Assembly (NCBI GenBank): GCA_028279745.1
Contig: JANQNC010000001.1
Span: 120,001 to 152,000, forward strand
DNA from: Candidatus Nanoarchaeia archaeon
GTDB taxonomy: Archaea > Nanobdellota > Nanobdellia > Woesearchaeales > JANQNC01
Reading direction: 5' to 3'
DNA: 32,000 nt
Every line of letters begins with the position of its first letter. Positions within the stretch are counted from its first letter, which is position 1. Under the pieces are notes generated by a model that saw only the letters and a program-made list of their open reading frames with translations, had not been told where the DNA came from and did no database searches. Both the position numbers and the translations under genes were made by a program. This document shows, piece after piece, positions 30,301 through 32,000 of this stretch.

Positions 30301-32000
30301 TAGATAATGCTTACGAGATTGCAGATGAAAATAAAACAACATCGCGATCAGTTGTTCTTAACCTTAATTACTTAGATGATTATCTAAAAGATTGTAGATA
30401 TGCAAATGAAAATGTTTCAAACTTTGGAAGTTATGAAACATGTGTAACAGAAAAGAGCTGGGTGTTAAGTGAAGGAGCAGGAAATAAAACAGTCTTTTAT
30501 GAAATAAGGAATTTAGCTGATGTTTCAATAGTGTTAAATGATACAATAGAATTAGAAGGCAATCCCCCAACAACACCTGTAATAGACAGTTCACATGTTG
30601 AGGGTGCGTTCTCTAATGTTAATAATGTAAGCTTTAACTGGACATCAACAGATGCAGAATCACTAGTTGTGTTGTATAGCTTCACATTGGATCAAAATAA
30701 TGAGACTGAGCCAGCAACTGCTTTATCTTCTGCAACAGATGTAGATTATGTGAATTTGCCAGACGGAGATTATTGGTTCCACGTTAAAGCATATGATGAG
30801 GCAGGAAATCCAAGCGGTACTGCACACTACAATGTAAAAATAAGCACGGGAGTTGGAGGAGGAGACATAATACTATTCGGAGCACCAAGCTATACAAACT
30901 CTGCGTTTAATGTAAGTGGAGCAGTAAGTTCGGGATTAGGAAACGTAACAGTTAACCTTTACAGTAATGGAACATTATCAGGAACTACTGTGTTGAGTAA
31001 CATTGAAGGAGGATTTGAATTCACTTCAATAGACTTCATCGGAGACGGAGCTTATACCTTATGGGCAAACGCAACAGACAACGCATCAAACGAATACATG
31101 TCAAATGTTTTAGTTGTAAACTATGATACAGATGCTCCAGACATAACTGTGATAAGTCCTGGAGGATCACTGGGGCCAGGATCAATACCATTTATCTCAG
31201 TAGTCACAGATGAAGATGCATACTGTGAATATGACGGAGGAGAGGGTTATTTGAAATTCCAAGTAACAAACAACACAAGATTCCACGAGACAATCCTAGA
31301 AACAGATGGAAGTTATGATGTGAGGTGTACAGATCTGGCAGGAAATTCAGATGAGGACACAAATGCTGTTTCTTATTCAACAGGATGTTCACTATCTTCC
31401 TTCAGTATTCCTTCAACAATACTAGGAAATGCTGGAGAGACAGTTAACTTCACAGCGTCAGGAATAGGTTGTGCGGCAGTACACCATGCACGGTTTGGGA
31501 TGACATTGAATAATGTTCCCGTAGATGTAAGTGCTAGACAAACTGCAGGAACAGATTATCTTATACAATTCCAAGCACCGACTGTACAAGATGAATATGC
31601 TCTTGTGTTAACAGTTAATGACATAAGTGATTCAGGAACCCTTGACACCACAGAAGGCGCATCAGAAAGCGTAAACCTAGAAGTAACTTATGATGGGGGA
31701 TTAGATGACAGTTCAAACCACATAGTATACGCATCAGAAAATGACTATACTGTGGGGATAGCATCAGACTCAGGCAACACTGAAACAGATGAAGGCGGAA
31801 ATAAGATAACAACAAACCCCTCAGACGGCTCAGTCTACATATTTGTAACGGAACCAGGAGCAAATGTTGAAAATAGAGAAAGAAACTTGGAAGAAAAAGA
31901 ATTCATAGACTTCCAGAACCCAAGCTTCGGTTATAATATCAAAAAAGGAAAATACACAGTACAAGCATCAATCAATTATGACGACATACAGATAGAAGGA
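27348..32000 (+). CDS. giant secreted surface protein (over 1,551 codons, 3' end outside the window): discoidin-like domain, two right-handed beta-helix (PbH1/NosD-like) modules, Cys-rich knobs, Ig-like repeats
   Basis: Not in the track because no stop falls in the window. The frame is open from ATG 27348 (GAGGAGG SD upstream; alternative ATG at 27333) to base 32000. Signal peptide MKSKLMLWMLVMFSLVGSALA. ...NIQWLEFVINGSEPGGNVGLSEIEVFG is discoidin-like. Repeated N-x-x-I/V-x-N-N coils, NYW(N/G)T...VDFCPYLN, and DxAGN Ig-like motifs (YDEAGNPSG, CTDLAGNSDE). Confidence 0.85.
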   Translation, partial: MKSKLMLWMLVMFSLVGSALAVNVALEAPVTCESKFGGASLAFYCNNSVDGVKGTSSFDEWAADGNPNATREIWVNISFVPSANIDEIWIYPRKDYTQNDGINDSYIRFSDLSTYRTGQIAGSFSVPHKFNTTDFGTKDNIQWLEFVINGSEPGGNVGLSEIEVFGEFLEACKTINSAGTHKLFEDAESNGTCITVNASSVTVNCQDFTITGNGTGYGVTASGVSNVVVENCTFVNFSSGINFNGNSGDSVIRNNLFSGSGSSGIRIAGADTINVTNNTFEDNHHGIVVSSAYGMYIERNDIRNSTSRGVYLFNTFNTTLFLNNVYYNLVGLFLDPSYNNQIIENQIFGNADAGLELVDSYNNTVINNTFYNNTKGVSLNLSENNTFVNNNLFENYVSFLLFGFSSGNNLSNNSIDSTVLANLTQAENLTAQFNYWNTTNATEIVARMFDYHFHNSLGFVDFCPYLNETFEIDSGNYLIGSELFGVTNYNCCDTEDYCISSSGECIAEGEILNGYECQDGGIWQSICGLPLDPDTVLELTGEISCAGDGIVLDNNSFLNCTDAVIVGDGTGSGIVMNDVFNTTVQGCNVTNFTTGIKIDPSFNNTLIQNNIYANSVAGLDLYDSYNNTIFNNTIFNNSQYGLGLNNSDGNLIYTNTIFNNSLAVRVVEGSSDNNFTNNTVDDTSLVNLSQADDFSAELNYWGTDLTATIANSVMDLFDNAAYGIVDFCPYLNSTGTVTGDLVIESVQGPSVYWGCCDDSTNCVNSSGECVSFGSMENDYLCVGDNDWADLGGVCEEDVVNITYPAASETVNDTLNITFVLDSSLAPYDAHYAVDGGDWINCTDDCIWNTSQWEDGEHMIQINDPAQDCAKSRLRLVVTDNYLETYLVNITSPLASEVVNETVNVTFDVDSSLLPYDAHLAIDGGDWINCSGDYCEWDTTSEDDGEHIIQLNDPNQQSAESRIRLILVNNLGTTMPNGSIFINNTLDNAYEIADENKTTSRSVVLNLNYLDDYLKDCRYANENVSNFGSYETCVTEKSWVLSEGAGNKTVFYEIRNLADVSIVLNDTIELEGNPPTTPVIDSSHVEGAFSNVNNVSFNWTSTDAESLVVLYSFTLDQNNETEPATALSSATDVDYVNLPDGDYWFHVKAYDEAGNPSGTAHYNVKISTGVGGGDIILFGAPSYTNSAFNVSGAVSSGLGNVTVNLYSNGTLSGTTVLSNIEGGFEFTSIDFIGDGAYTLWANATDNASNEYMSNVLVVNYDTDAPDITVISPGGSLGPGSIPFISVVTDEDAYCEYDGGEGYLKFQVTNNTRFHETILETDGSYDVRCTDLAGNSDEDTNAVSYSTGCSLSSFSIPSTILGNAGETVNFTASGIGCAAVHHARFGMTLNNVPVDVSARQTAGTDYLIQFQAPTVQDEYALVLTVNDISDSGTLDTTEGASESVNLEVTYDGGLDDSSNHIVYASENDYTVGIASDSGNTETDEGGNKITTNPSDGSVYIFVTEPGANVENRERNLEEKEFIDFQNPSFGYNIKKGKYTVQASINYDDIQIEG
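27861..29735 (+). repeat. intragenic duplication: two beta-helix + NYWxT/CPYLN + CC-rich knob modules
   Basis: Module 1 spans 27861-28931 and module 2 spans 28932-29735. Landmarks FNYWNTT (28644) and LNYWGTD (29439) are 795 nt apart. Knobs: NCCDTEDYCISSSGECIAEGEILNGYEC versus GCCDDSTNCVNSSGECVSFGSMENDYLC. Confidence 0.7.
29739..30250 (+). repeat. tandem pair of approx. 89-aa (approx. 267-nt) repeats inside the giant gene
   Basis: VNITYPAASETVNDTLNITFVLDSSLAPYDAHYAVDGGDWINCTDD...GEHMIQINDP versus VNITSPLASEVVNETVNVTFDVDSSLLPYDAHLAIDGGDWINCSGD...GEHIIQLNDP. Confidence 0.75.

Noticed and set aside
27995-31863. Seven minus-strand ORFs of 62-123 aa listed in the track between 27995 and 31863
   Set aside because: All lie inside the uninterrupted plus-strand frame of more than 1,551 codons, which has clear domain content. 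Their low-complexity Leu/Ser-rich sequences are typical shadow ORFs.
1-32000. Scan for CRISPR arrays, IS elements, transposases, integrases, prophage genes and rRNA/tRNA genes
   Set aside because: None found. The only repeats seen are intragenic protein-coding duplications and short AT-rich palindromes in promoters and terminators.

Overview
AT-rich, very compact (about 90% coding) chromosomal segment that I read as archaeal. Evidence: ribosomal protein L15e at 21257-21802, and TATA-like boxes about 28-33 nt upstream of many start codons, which implies leaderless mRNAs. A small-genome DPANN-type archaeon is my inference only. I found no rRNA, tRNA, CRISPR array, transposase or integrase. Housekeeping content: a purA-guaB-phosphoribosyltransferase operon, purF, thrS, rpl15e, a thymidylate-related group (ThyX-like, tmk, long-form dcd, HAD), an M29 aminopeptidase, an AbrB/PhoU-type regulator, GNAT, HIT, a UppS-like protein and an A24 prepilin peptidase. 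Several cell-envelope loci lie between these and are the most interesting part. (1) A bacterial-type lgt flanked by two lipobox ORFs and a DUF457-like membrane hydrolase. (2) A four-gene operon with a CARDB-repeat anchored protein and a protein with a T9SS/FlgD-Ig-like C-terminal domain. (3) A divergent orphan pair driven by mirror-image TATA boxes; one member has a transglutaminase-like Cys-His-Asp core and a beta-rich C-terminus ending in Phe. (4) A Cys-rich protein with a PEF-CTERM-like tail next to the prepilin peptidase. (5) A ribbon-helix-helix gene with a palindromic operator, overlapping the start of a secreted protein of more than 1,551 codons (discoidin-like, two beta-helix modules, Ig-like repeats, many N-glycosylation sequons) that runs off the right edge. 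Three enzymes appear to have lost canonical catalytic motifs: HIT, the UppS-like protein and the ThyX-like protein. All family assignments come from motif recognition by eye, without searches.
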